Source: the human T2T-CHM13v2.0 reference genome, Homo sapiens. Taken from it: a stretch of DNA of 64,000 nucleotides. Every line of letters starts with the position of its first letter. The first letter of the stretch is position 1. Location: NCBI RefSeq assembly GCF_009914755.1, contig NC_060925.1; one strand, given 5' to 3'. Under the pieces are notes generated by a model. That model was not told where the DNA came from and ran no database searches. It worked only from the letters and a program-made list of their open reading frames with translations. Shown here piece by piece: positions 46,161 to 58,788 of this stretch. The position numbers and the translations under genes were made by a program.

Positions 46161-46441
46161 ACAAAAAAAGTAAGTACTCAAAAGCTGCACACCTTGAGTC
46201 TGGGAATGCAACCACTATTTTACATTATTTCAAATAATTAGCAAAATGAAAGTGGGACAACCAAGGACTATGTGTTTTTCCAATTGCAGTTGTGAAAACT
46301 ATGATCCGTATCACCTGGAAAATGTCCCATTTATAGAAATAGAAGAGCTCATCTGCAAAAATTTCATTAGCTTTGCCTGAATATGAAGGGAAATTTAGCA
46401 GGATTCCTCATAGTGTGAGCTGTGTCCCCGCTGTATCCAGA
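46161..46441 (+). repeat. Left arm of 281-bp inverted repeat
   Basis: Reverse complement of 48140-48420; ungapped, 264/281 identical by manual alignment. Confidence 0.97.
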
Positions 46442-46655
46442 GAGTCTGGATCTAATTTAAGCCCACCAACTGTTTACAGTGTGGCTTTGGTCAAACTCTA
46501 CAGTCTCTAAGTCTCATCTGTAAAAGGGGGACAATAATTATACTTCTCTCATTAGGATGTTTATGAAGAGTGCAGCAAATAATGTAAGTCAAGTTCATAG
46601 TCCAGCATCGATAGTCTCAGACATTGTAGGCATTCAATAAATGGTATCTATATTT
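46442..46655 (+). mobile_element. MIR
   Basis: tctcatctgtaaaagggggacaataattatac...gtaggcattcaataaatggta. Confidence 0.7.
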
Positions 46656-47138
46656 TAGCATGATATTTTCTTGCCCAATCCTCTTGTCTTAAACATAAGC
46701 AATCTGAGGAACAGAAAGTCTAGAAAGTTGTCCAAGCTCACACAACTCATAATTCATAATGACATAGCTGGAGCTAGATCTCTAGTCCAGGCTATCCCAC
46801 GTGGTCAGCAGAGTTCTTTATATTGCAGGAAAGTCCTGCACTTCCATCAGCAAGTCAACTCCAAGAATCAATTTTTACATGCTTTGGAAGCACACTACCC
46901 AATGACACACAGAAAGGTAAAGAGATGGGCCACACACCATCTGTCCTCTAGACTCCCTTGAGGAAACACTGCCGTTTAAAGGGAATAGCCCTGCATTTCT
47001 AGTCCCTTGTCTGCCACTGGGAAAGGCTCGTGATCTTGTACAAGCCACTTAAATTCTCTGAACCTCAACTTCCTCGAATATGAAATGAAAATAATGATGC
47101 ATGCCTGCTCTCACCATCCCCAAAGGTTTAATAAATAT

Positions 47139-47960
47139 TGTGGTGGGCTGCTAATGGCCCCAAAATACCAGGTTGTGATCCTAGAAGCTGTAAATGTTAC
47201 TGTATTTGTCCATTTTCATACTGCTGTAAAGAACTGTCTAAAACTGGGTAATTTATAAAGAAAAGAGGTTTAATTGACTCACAGTTCAGCATGGCTGAAA
47301 ACTTACAGTCATGGTGGAAAGTGAAAGGGAAGCAAGGCACCTTCTTCACAAGGCAGCAGGAAGAAGAAGTGCTGAGCAAAGGGGGAAGAGCCCCTTATAA
47401 AACCATCAGATCTCATGAGAACTCACCATCACTGCAACAGCATAGGGGAAACCACCCCCATGATCTAATTACCTCCACCTGGTCTCTCCCTTGACATGTG
47501 GAGATTATGGGGATTATAATTTGAGATGAAATTTAGGTGGGGACACAAAACCTAACTATATCAGTTATCTTATGTGAAGAAATGTTTTTTAAAGATGTGA
47601 TTAAATTAAGAATCTTGAGATATGATGATATGAAGATTATTCTAGATTACCTGGGCGGGCCCTGAATGCAATCACATGTATCCTTCTAAGCAGAAGGCAC
47701 TGGGAGATTAGACACACACAGAGAAAAGTGGGTGATGTTAAGAGGAAGGGCAGAGAGGTTTGAAAATGCTGGCCTTGAGTGGTGCAACCACCAGCCAAGG
47801 AACAATGACGGCCACCAAAAACCAAAAAAGACAAGGAACAGATTCTCCCCGATGGCCTTCAGAAGGAACACAGTCCCGCTGATGTCCTGATTTCAACCTA
47901 CTTATACTGGTTTACAATATTTACACTCTCCGAAGTTTGAATAGAAATGTTACAGTCACC
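47139..47960 (+). mobile_element. MLT1C/D-like MaLR LTR interrupted by THE1D
   Basis: tgtggtgggctgctaatggcccc...aatgttac, then gatgtgattaaattaagaatcttgagat...agattacctgggcgggccc. Confidence 0.8.
47201..47563 (-). mobile_element. THE1D-like solo LTR
   Basis: tgtatttgtcc...aactatatca; TSD gttac/gttat at 47196 and 47564. Confidence 0.92.
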
Positions 47961-48014
47961 TCTACATATCTAGCATGCACAAAATTGAAGCCCTGATATT
48001 TTTGAATGAACCTG

Positions 48015-48185
48015 ACACACAATTGTGCATAAGAATCATCTGGGAAGCTGCTCAAAGGACAGATCCCTATGTCCCATCCTGCAAGAGATGTTGCTTCAGT
48101 AGCTGGAATGGAGCCCCTGGAATCAGCACCCAGAGTGAATCTGGATACAGCAGGGACACAGCCCATACTATGTGGAATCCTTCTA
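48015..48185. mobile_element. MER5-like hAT MITE relic overlapping the inner end of the right IR arm
   Basis: gcataagaatcatctgggaagctgctcaaa...ccagagtgaatctggatacagc. Confidence 0.5.
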
Positions 48186-48420
48186 AATTTCCCCTCATAT
48201 TCAGGAAAAGCTAATGAAATTTTTGCAGATAGGCTCTTCTATTTCCATAAATGGGACATTTTCCAGGTGATATGGATCATAATTTTCACAACTGCAAATG
48301 GAAAAACATATAGTCCTTGGTTGTCCCATTTTCAATTTGCTAATTATTTGAAATAATGTAAAATAGTGGTTGCATTCCCAGACTCAAGGTGTGCAGCTTT
48401 TGAGTACTTACTTTTTATGT
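48140..48420 (-). repeat. Right arm of 281-bp inverted repeat
   Basis: Reverse complement of 46161-46441. Confidence 0.97.
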
Positions 48421-49029
48421 ACTTAGGCACTTATGCCAATTAATGCCTCATGGTTAAAGTTTTAGACTGACTGACTGACTTACTACAGAGATCAGTAAGG
48501 AAGAGGTGTGAGAGACACAGGATAAGGGAAGCAAGACAATTATCTGGAAAGAGTCACAGAACTCAGAAGTTTCCCAAACTCAAATTTTAAAGAAACCTTC
48601 CCTCTCACAGTACAATGCATTTAGGACAACACCCCTCTTGGAAAAAGAAAAGGAATCTTTGTGTTGGGGGCCTCATTCAAACCTTTTGTGAATTTATCAG
48701 CCCTTCAGCCATACTTAAGGAATGATGGCTTGTATTAGAGCAAGCTAGAGGGGTAGAAGTTTTGGAGTCTTTCAGAAACACAGCCATTCCTGAAAGGGAT
48801 CAGGACTCCAACATTTAGGGTACTGAGGAAAGAAAGGAAAGGGGGTAAGAAAAGGGTGAATACAATGACTTTTTTACTTTACAATTGTGCCTAAGATCCT
48901 GGAGGCTGCCTGTGAGCCACTAATCCTTTGTTGCCTTCAGAGATCCATTCTGGGATGATATCAGTGGAAGAAAAGTTCATGCTTCTTTGTGCTAGACCTG
49001 GAGGCACACAGATGAATCAAAAGCAGTGA

Positions 49030-49520
49030 CTGTATATGCAGATGTTTATAGCAATATTTATTCATTCTAGCCAAGAGGTGGAAATGACCCAGAGGATCAC
49101 CAACAGACAAATGAATAAACAATATGTGGCATATCCAAACCATCGAATGTTATTAGGCTGTAAGAAGGAACGAAGTACTGATACATGCTAAAATATAAAC
49201 CTTGAAAACATGCTAAGTAAAAGAAGCCAGTCATAAAACATGAAATACTATATGATTCCATTCATATGAACGTCCAGAATATGGAAATCTAGGGAGACAG
49301 AAAATAGATTAGCAGTTGCTTAGGGATGGGGTGGGGGATAGAAGGGTGATAGCTAAGCATATGGGGCTTCTTTTTGAGGTGATGAAAATGTTCTAAAATT
49401 GACTGTGGTGATGGTTGTCTATATCTGTGAAGATAATAAAAATCATTGAATTTTATGCTTTAAATGTGTGAGTTGTATGGTATGTAAATTATATATTAAT
49501 AAAGTGATCTTTTAAAAAAA
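49030..49520 (+). mobile_element. L1M (MB/MC/ME-type) 3' fragment
   Basis: aagaagccagtca...tatgattccattcatatga...ggtgatgaaaatgttctaaaattg...aataaa. Confidence 0.85.
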
Positions 49521-49719
49521 GAAACAAACCATTGCTGTCTTCAGGGAGCTCATGTGGGCTCCCCATCCTAGAGGTATTGGTTATTGGTATAAAAAATCAT
49601 TTTCAAAAAGTCAGCTTTTTATGACTTTTGGATGCCATTGTATCTACACAAACACTTGGGTGAGTTCGTCTATCTGTTATTTCACAGGAACAATTCAGCT
49701 TGCTCTTTGGCAAATACTA

Positions 49720-50650
49720 GAATATGAAGAAGATAGATTTTCTGACACTTCAATCCTAACATGTCCAGAAATGAACTCATTATGTCCCCCTGGGCACCCA
49801 TTCCTCCTCCTTTATTCTTTGCCTGCCACCGATGCAGCTGCCAAGCAGAAGCTAGACATCATCCTGGATTCCGTCCTCACTCTCTCTGCCCTCATCCAAG
49901 CAATTGCTGAGTCCCATCAAGCATTTCTGGTAACTACCCAGCCAGCCAGTGAACTTCTGCTCATCCTTTCTGCCACTGCCAATGCTCCAGGTGAGACCAC
50001 TGGCATCACCTATCTAGACTATTTGAAAGCTCCCCAGCTGGTTTTACCTGCTCCCATCCATTCCCCCACAGCAGCTAAAACACAAACTGGACCATTTCGC
50101 CTTCTTGCTTGCTTCCCTTCAATTGCCCTCAGAGTTAAGTCTGATCATTTGAATGTGTTTTACAAGGCTCCTCCTGTAGCTTCACTCTTCACTTATCATT
50201 GCAGAACCCACCTTATATTTCCCATGGCCCTCACTTCCGCCTTCCTCACTGTCCTTGAGTTTGTCAAGTGTTCCATGCTTTCTCTAGCTTTGAGGCCTTC
50301 CCAGATGCTCTTCACTTTGGAATATGCATGGCTCCCCACAGCTTCTACCCTTTCAACCCCTACATTCTAGTGTGACTAACTACAAGTTGTCTTTCTCTCA
50401 GCTTCATGTTATTTTTTTCCTCCACACCTTCTCAGAACCTCCTTCTCACTCCTGCCCCATGCTAAGTAAGATGGCTCTGTTATGTTACTAAAAGTATTTG
50501 AACACTTAATACACAGTATACTTGATTGTTCATGTGTCTGTCCTTACCAGTAATATGTGATTCAAGGCAAGGAATTAATTTGCTTTACTCTTCATTGTTT
50601 CTTCAGAGTCTAACAAGAGCCTTGCATATAGTAGGCACTCAACAAACACA
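49720..50650 (+). mobile_element. L2 fragment
   Basis: CT-rich L2 motifs (catcatcctggattccgtcctcactctc, atatagtaggcactcaacaaa). Confidence 0.7.
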
Positions 50651-50665
50651 TAGTGTTATCAAGTC

Positions 50666-50803
50666 TTTTTTTTTTTTTTTTTTTTAAGAGACAGGGTCTC
50701 GCTATGGTGCCAAGGCTGGTCTCAAACTCCTGGGCTCAAGCAATCCTCCCACCTCAGCCTCCCAAAGTCCTGGGATTATAGGAGCGAGCCACTGCATCCA
50801 GCC
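50666..50803 (-). mobile_element. FLAM_C-like Alu monomer
   Basis: Single left arm with T tail. Confidence 0.9.
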
Positions 50804-52919
50804 TGACTCTTAACCAAGGTAGTCTGGTTTCTGTCTATACGAAGCTATGAAATCAAAAAAAATGCAGAAGGTCTATTATCATTGACTGTGTTCATAATCA
50901 CCACTAATACAGTGACTTGATAACAGAGACAAAGGACTTTGTATAGAGGGAACCAGTCTATTTCATTTCATTTTAAATTATATGTATGTAATTATAAGCC
51001 TCACACAAAATGTGTATTCTGAATGTACTCAATTTAATTTCAATTTTACAACAAAAGCATCCAGGGTTGTTAAATAATCCCATAGAGTTTTTGCCTTGAT
51101 AATATCATCAAGACTGAGTAGCAAACTGCAAGGAAGAAAAAAATAACCCTCACTGATTTCTTTTATGTCCATTTTTTAAAATTCAAGACTAACCGACACC
51201 AAGGGGCAACACATTAACATTTTTTGGTAGACAATAAGGGATCTTTCATGGATACAGGACTGAGTTACTTATTACTGTATTGAATTTCCAAGCACATTGC
51301 TCCTTGGTGATTTCTAGCTCTTAATGTGTTGACTTTCTGCTTGGGCCACAGCTTACAGAATTCCACTTCACATAGCACCATACAAGGTTTACCCTTATTT
51401 TATGTAATTCTACATTCTATAATATTTCCAATGAGGGGATGAACAAGGCTGTGTGCCCCTTTTTGTCAGATCATATCTCCTATCCAGTGGATTCTTCAGA
51501 AAGAAAAAAAGCATATGGTAACATCCAGTCTTTATAAAATCTATGCTAAATGTTGATGATAAAGCACATTTTCTGAATACTTGCCACCCTCGTCTTTGAC
51601 ATGGCTAGCAGGCAGGTGATCTAAGGGGAAAGTCAACTTTGTGTGTCAGATAGATGTCTGGGTTCAAATTCTGACTCTGTCCCTTATTAGTTGCTTGAAC
51701 TTGGATAGGTTAATGCTCTGAGTCTCAGTGTCCCTGTTTCCAAAATGACTATAATGATAGGTACCAAATATGGCTCTATAATCATTTTAAAACTTAGCCT
51801 AGTGATAATATCTACCAAGAGTGAGAATCTAGTGTCATTTATTAAAAGTTATCCATATAATCTTCCAACCACTCAAATATGAGAAAATTAAATGGATTAA
51901 GATGTGTAACAGACATGGAATTTAAAAGGTACGGAATAGCTTTCCTGCCTTTCACTCTCTTTCCCCAGAAAGAGTGCAGTCTTAGAGTGAAAAAGCCAAG
52001 TTCCCTAACACTACAGATGCAAATGAACACCAGTGCCTGACACATTAAATGCCAGTCCAAAGTGTTGTCCTACATCTGACAAAGTACGGGTGGGAATAGG
52101 ATCATTCAGATAAGATTTGGCTCATTTTTAGCAAAAGTTGACACAGCCAGGCCTTGTAAGCAGCTGCCATATTCAAAGGAAAATTTACAAGATGAAGAAA
52201 ATAAACCTTAGGAAATCACTTGAAAGTATTCAATGTTTGTAAAATACAGTTACTGAAACCACTCAGAGAGGTGATTTTTAAGTGAACTACGTATATCATA
52301 CCAACACTTAAATATATTATTTTCAGCCCTCAAATTTTTAAAATCCAAAATAAAATTTGCCTTTGTTTTGAAATTATCCAGACATAAATTGTGGTGAAGC
52401 AAAAGAAAAGCAGTAAGACAGTTTTATATTCATCTTTGTAATGCGGCTTCAAACCTTAAAATTGAGTTACCATGTTAAAACATTTTGAGTTGGAGAGTTT
52501 TTAAATTCAGTGGCTACATTCCTTGGCATTTAAGCTTAGTATGATTGCTAAGGCTTAATTCTTGTCAATGCCTATCTTATTTCTCATTTTTTGTCCTGGG
52601 TTTTATCTGTGGAGTTAAACATTCATCTATTAGAATTTTTTTCTCAAGTCCTGGCAATTCAAACCATTGCTTTAAAGAAATCATCAATGGTGTTGAATTT
52701 CCCTTTCAATGAATATGAATGAATATGTTCCATCTTCTGTTCCATTTATTGTTCCTTCAATGAATATGTCTCATCTTTTGCAAATATTTAATCCTTCTTT
52801 TAATGTTAAAAATTCTGATCATGTAAAAAAGACAAATCAACCAGAGTCTCCCACTGATAAAGAAGGAATGATAGACATAGAATATTTCCATTTTGCAATT
52901 ATAACGGGAAAAAAAAGAA

Positions 52920-53965
52920 AAATGAATGGATCTAGGCAATAGTCCTTGATTACTAAATTGGGAATGTATACAGATGGACCAGCCTGACAGTGCCTAAACC
53001 CACTGATCAGTCTTAACATCATCACCTAGAGAGAGGCAGGGAGATTGTAGATGCATCCTGATGTGATGCAATAGAATGCTCACCACACAACCTATGGAGG
53101 GTTCCTGCCAAACATTCTGATTTGACCACTTTTAGATCTCTAGTTTACAGGAAATAAAGATTGGTGGTGAATGAAAAGCAGGGAAATATGTTATGTGACA
53201 TTATAGGATTCAAGCAGCACAATCAAGAGTATGAATAGTTTTGCAGGGCAAATGACCCAGTTTCATTAACACAAGCTTGTCCAACCCACAGCTGGCAGGC
53301 CACATGTGGCCCAGGATGGCCTTGCATGCAGCCCAACATAAATTTGTAAACTTTCTTAAACTATTAAGAGGTCTCTTTTTTTGCAATTTTTTTTTTTTAG
53401 CTCATCAGCTGTCATTAGTGTTAGTGTATTTTATGTGTGGCCCAAGACAATTCTTCTTCTTCCAATGTGACCAGGGGAAGCCAAAAGATTGGACACCCCT
53501 ACTTTAACCTAAAAATTGGAATGTCAAAAAAGAAGTGGGGTTACATTTGAAATTACTCAAGCAGTATAAACTATATGCAATTGTTGCTTTAGTGGGCCAT
53601 TTGGACTCTGGTTTAAACAAATGACAAAATCAAGGAAATTTGAGTATCGACTGAATATTTAATGATATTAAGATATTGTGTTTTAGGTGCGATAATGGTA
53701 TTTTATGTTATGCAATAGAAAAGTGACTTACCTTTTAGAGCTATGTACATTGAAGTATTTTCATATGAAATGACATGATGTCTAGAATTTGTCTCAAAAT
53801 AATCCAAAAGGTCTTGGGGGAACAAGAAGGGTATAGATGAAACAAGTTTGTCTCTTTTTTGGTGATTCTTGAAGCCAGAGGGTGGGTGTATGACAGTGCA
53901 TTGTACTCTTCTTCCCTCTGCTCTCCTATGTGTTGGAAATGTTCCATAATAAAAATAAATGAAAG
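52920..53965 (+). mobile_element. L1MC/ME 3' relic interrupted by MER30
   Basis: gaatatttaatgatattaag, acattgaagtatttt...tgacatgatgtctagaatttg, tggaaatgttccataataaaa. Confidence 0.65.
53272..53501 (-). mobile_element. MER30 hAT-Charlie MITE
   Basis: caagcttgtccaaccc...ggcccaggatggc...gaagccaaaagattggacacccct. Confidence 0.9.
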
Positions 53966-55371
53966 ATTAAAAAGAGGCCAGTATCTAGGAAATGTTTTGT
54001 CAGTTACTCTGTCTCTCTAACAAGGCAAACCAGGTCTCCATATCCAAATAAACATTCATATAATTATACCTATACTATATTATTTGGCATATACATTGTG
54101 TATATATATATATATAGTATGTGTGTGTATATTTATATATTTATATAATCACTAAGATGAAACTATAGCCCTATACACTTATAGAACTATTTCTTATTCT
54201 CTAATGCTCCCCTCCAATACTTCACTATATTCCATAAAGAGATAAATGGGTCATACATGAGATGTCAAAAGAAATTGCCTTCCTTTGCAATCATTTCCAA
54301 CTTCCACTCAGTACAAAAATCCAAGTGAGTGCTAAAAGGGAAATGTCTTGTGACAAGGTCAGGCAAGACAGATGAGAAATATGGCTTGTGATGGAAAACT
54401 AACAGGTGCATGTTTTATTGGCATGATAAATGTGGAAAAACCAGATGTGGAATCCCATATAACATCAAACTAAACGTTTTAAAGTATATCTTTCCCTAAA
54501 GAAGCTTCCTTTTTTTTGTGGCTCCCATTCTTGTCATTCTGACTGCAACTTCTGCAAGTCTCTTAGGGACTAAGACAAAAGAGTTGTGGAGATTCTCTTT
54601 TTACAGGAAATTTATGGAATCCTGCGCCAGGACCCTGTTTCAAGTTAGCAAACCTTTTTGTTTGTTGTTGGGGGGAGAGAACAAGGTCAGACACCACCCT
54701 AGGGTTCTCTGCAGGGCTGCGAGTGTGTGTGAGCTAACCAGCAAGTGCAGAGCTAGAGCAGAGAAAACTGGCTCCACCCTCACAACAGTCCTGGAAGAAA
54801 CAATGTAAGCAAGTTTGGGGGCTTTATTTTTTTATTTGCTTGTTTGTTTTTGCCATGCATTCTTGTTCTCATTTCCAGGAAAGCCCAAGTAACATGAAGA
54901 ATCAACTAAATTTCCACTTTACAATGTATATGTATTTCAAAACAACATGTTGTACATGATAAACATATACAATTTGTATTTAATTTTAAAAGTTAATTTT
55001 TTTAAAAAATCAGCTAAATGTATGAAGTGGCTCTTAGTTTTTTCTGCAAAGTACAGAGTTATGAATAGAATATGTTCTAGCAAACAATGTATTCTAGCAA
55101 TACATTGCTTTTGTCCCCAGTTCCTAGCAGAGTGCCTGGGACGTGCCACTCAATAAAGGATAGAATCGATGAACTCAGGATGCAGGGGGAATGGCTGTTA
55201 GGCCATTCCTATGGATAAATTGACAGGAAAATGTGTTAGGGATCCCTGCCCCAGATGCTCAGACTCCAGCCTTTTACAACTTACAACCAGATGCTCAACA
55301 AGTCTACGCAATTACACTCTGGTATAATTCTTCCTCTCCTCACACCTGGAGGATAAAATTTCATTGGCCCC

Positions 55372-55753
55372 TGTGATAGTTAATTTTATGTGTCAACTTG
55401 GCTAGGCCATGGTACCCAGTTGTTTGGACAATGGAAAAACACCAGTCTAGATATTACTGTGAAGGCATTTTTAATATGAGAGTAATATTTAAAGCAGTAG
55501 GCTTGGAGTAAAGCAGACTACTCTCTGTCATGTGGATGGGCCCATCTCATCAGTTGAAGGCCTCAACAGGCAAAAGACTGAGGTTCCCTAAGGAAAATGG
55601 AATTCTGCCTCCAGTCTGCCTTTGAACTCACGTCTTCCCTGGGTCTCAGCCTGCCAGCCCACCCTGCAGATTTTAGACTTGCCAGTCTCCACCATCACAT
55701 GAGCCAATTCTTTAAAGTAAATCTCTCTTTCTCTCTCCCTGTCTCCCTACACA

Positions 55754-55801
<48 letters not shown>

Positions 55802-55835
55802 CTTGGTTCTATTCTGTTTCTCAGGAGAACCCCAA
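55372..55835 (+). mobile_element. MLT2B/C-like ERVL LTR with internal (CA)n at about 55755-55798
   Basis: tgtgatagttaattttatgtgtcaacttggctagg...ttggttctattctgtttctcaggagaaccc. Confidence 0.88.
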
Positions 55836-56701
55836 CTGGTCTCCTACCTCCAGGCCTCTTCCCTATTCTTCCTATCTACTCCATTATCCACACAACCCAG
55901 AGTGATTGTGTATCTAAATGCAATCTGATAGCACTGTTGCCTCACACCGTACCTACCTGTCATCCTCCACCAGCTCCACAGGTCACACTAACCTTCCCCA
56001 TGTAAACTAAGTCTAAGTCTCATTCCTTTTCCTGGGGCCCCTCAACAGGCCCTACATGAATCAAGTTCAATGCTCATCACCCAGGATTGTAGAACTATAA
56101 TTGTTTACTTGAATGCCCCTCTTCTTGCCACATATCCCTATGGTACAAATGATCCCTGCAGACAGGTTTACAAGAAAAACTGGGCGGGATTACTTAAATA
56201 CATGCTTAGAGTTTTCTTTAACAAATGAGTGCAGCCCAAATGCCTCCAGTGTTGAGAATATTAGATTGCTATCTTGAAGAAAAAATTAAGCTGACTGTAG
56301 TAATATTGGGGAAATCCTGCAGTATTAAAATTTAAAAGATCCTGCTAGGACTCATTTTTGTCAAGACCCACCATAAAGTATGCTCAAGCTTGTATATTTT
56401 TGCATTTGTCAGTACTGCTAGATAGTAAATTAACCTGATGCTCAAAGCAGCTCATCAAGACACTTGAGACTTGATGCTGTCTTGGCATGTATAGACCAGG
56501 TCCATGTATAGTCATATGTCAGGCAGAGACAGGCTTGCCCTCCACCAAAAAGGTGGAGACTCCAGGCACAGCCTTTCCCTGAAGCTGGGCAGAGCTCAAC
56601 AGAGAGAGCAGGCCCCACATTAGCCTAATTATGGACAATGGGAAGACAGAAAAGATTGGGACTAGCCAGCACAATATTGTCAATACTCTCCTATATAATA
56701 A

Positions 56702-57038
<337 letters not shown>

Positions 57039-57525
57039 AAAATCTCCAGAATCTTCTAACACTAATCCTTTCTACAAATTGCCATGGAGAAACTGTAGCA
57101 GGCTAGTTAACTACTAAAATACGCTTAACACATTACTGTTTATTACAGAATAAAGCCCCATAGTTCTCAGCCTAATACTCAAGACTGTGCACTTTCTTTT
57201 CTCACTAGAACCATCCAGTTTTATTTCCTCACCCATGATTCTATCCCTTCTTCAAGATCTGTCTCTTCTCCATGAAGCTCTTTAATTTCAGACAGTATTG
57301 CTCTTGTCTTGTCTCTGAAAATCTATTGTACTTACATGAAAAAGAGCACATAATTACACACTGTCAAGTAGTGTTTAACTGATCAATGATTTAAGTGTGT
57401 ATGCATGTCTTAAATAACATCTAAATCAGAAACTCTTTGAGGGCAAGGGCAATCTAGTATTAAGAACACCAAATTAAGAATTAGCCTAGACCAGCTCTGT
57501 GACTTAACTTGTGCTGTACCCTTGA

Positions 57526-57927
<402 letters not shown>

Positions 57928-58102
57928 CAGAACAATTTTTAAGTGCTAAAGTACTTTACTAATCAAAAAATATTGTGTACTTTTGTGAGATATCAGTATT
58001 AGCCAAATATAGATTGCTTGTTATGTGTGTGTATATACATATATATATATATAGCTAATACTAATATATCTCATATATGTACATACATGTACACATAGGT
58101 AT

Positions 58103-58408
58103 TGCAGCCTGACAATGCAATAGAACAGAAAATCCCATTTTCTGAGCAGAAATTCAAGCCATTTCTCCCATTTAGAATGGCTGTATTTACTCAATGCCTG
58201 TACCCCCATTGTATCTAGTAAGTAACTAACTTGCTTTTGATTTTACAGGCTGAGAGGCAGAAGGGACTTGCCTTGTCTCAGATAAGATGTTGGACTGTGG
58301 ACTGTTGAGTTAACACTGAAATAAGTTCAGACTTTGTGGGACTCTTGGGAAAGCATGACTGATTTTGAAATGTGAGGATATGAGATTTGGGAGGGGCCAG
58401 GGGGGGAA
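58103..58408 (+). mobile_element. THE1 internal region remnant, internally deleted, ending in PPT
   Basis: gcagcctgacaatgcaatagaacagaaaatccc...gggaggggccagggggggaa directly before the LTR. Confidence 0.9.
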
Positions 58409-58788
58409 TGATATGGTTTGGTTGTGTCCCTACCCAAATCTCATCTTGAATTGTAACTCCCACAATTCCCATGTGCTGTGGGAGGATCCCAATGGGAGGT
58501 GATTGAATTATGGGGGTGGCTCTTTCCTGCGCTGTTCTTATGATAGTCTCATAAGATCTGATGAGTCTCATAAGATCTGATGGTTTTAAAAATGGGAGGT
58601 TCCCTGCACAAGCTCTCTCTTTGCCTGCTGCCATCCATGTAAGATGTGACTTGCTCCTCCTTGCCTTCCTCCGTGATTGTGAGGCTTCCCCAGGCACGTG
58701 GAACTATAAGTCCATTAAACCTCTTTATTTTGTAAATTGTCCAGTCTCAAGTATGTCTTTTTCAGCAGGGTGAAAATGGACTAATACA
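58409..58788 (+). mobile_element. THE1 (A/B-like) 3' LTR
   Basis: tgatatggtttgg...ggactaataca; contains a 19-bp tandem duplication at 58545-58582. Confidence 0.95.

Noticed and set aside
46161-48420. IR as terminal inverted repeats of a DNA transposon
   Set aside because: No TSD, no transposase, and the spacer holds ordinary old MIR/MLT1/MER5 sequence with MER5 running into one arm
46161-48420. IR as a selected RNA duplex
   Set aside because: Of 11 transitions, 5 give G-U pairs on + and 6 on -, so there is no strand bias toward preserved pairing
49552-50370. Longest ORF (272 aa)
   Set aside because: Mostly overlaps a decayed sense-strand L2; CT-rich composition lowers stop frequency; no recognisable domain or promoter context
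51030-51146. - strand acceptor followed by a short protein-like frame (LLLSLDDIIKAKTLWDYL...)
   Set aside because: No convincing donor, stop after about 30 codons, unrecognised peptide; such acceptors arise by chance
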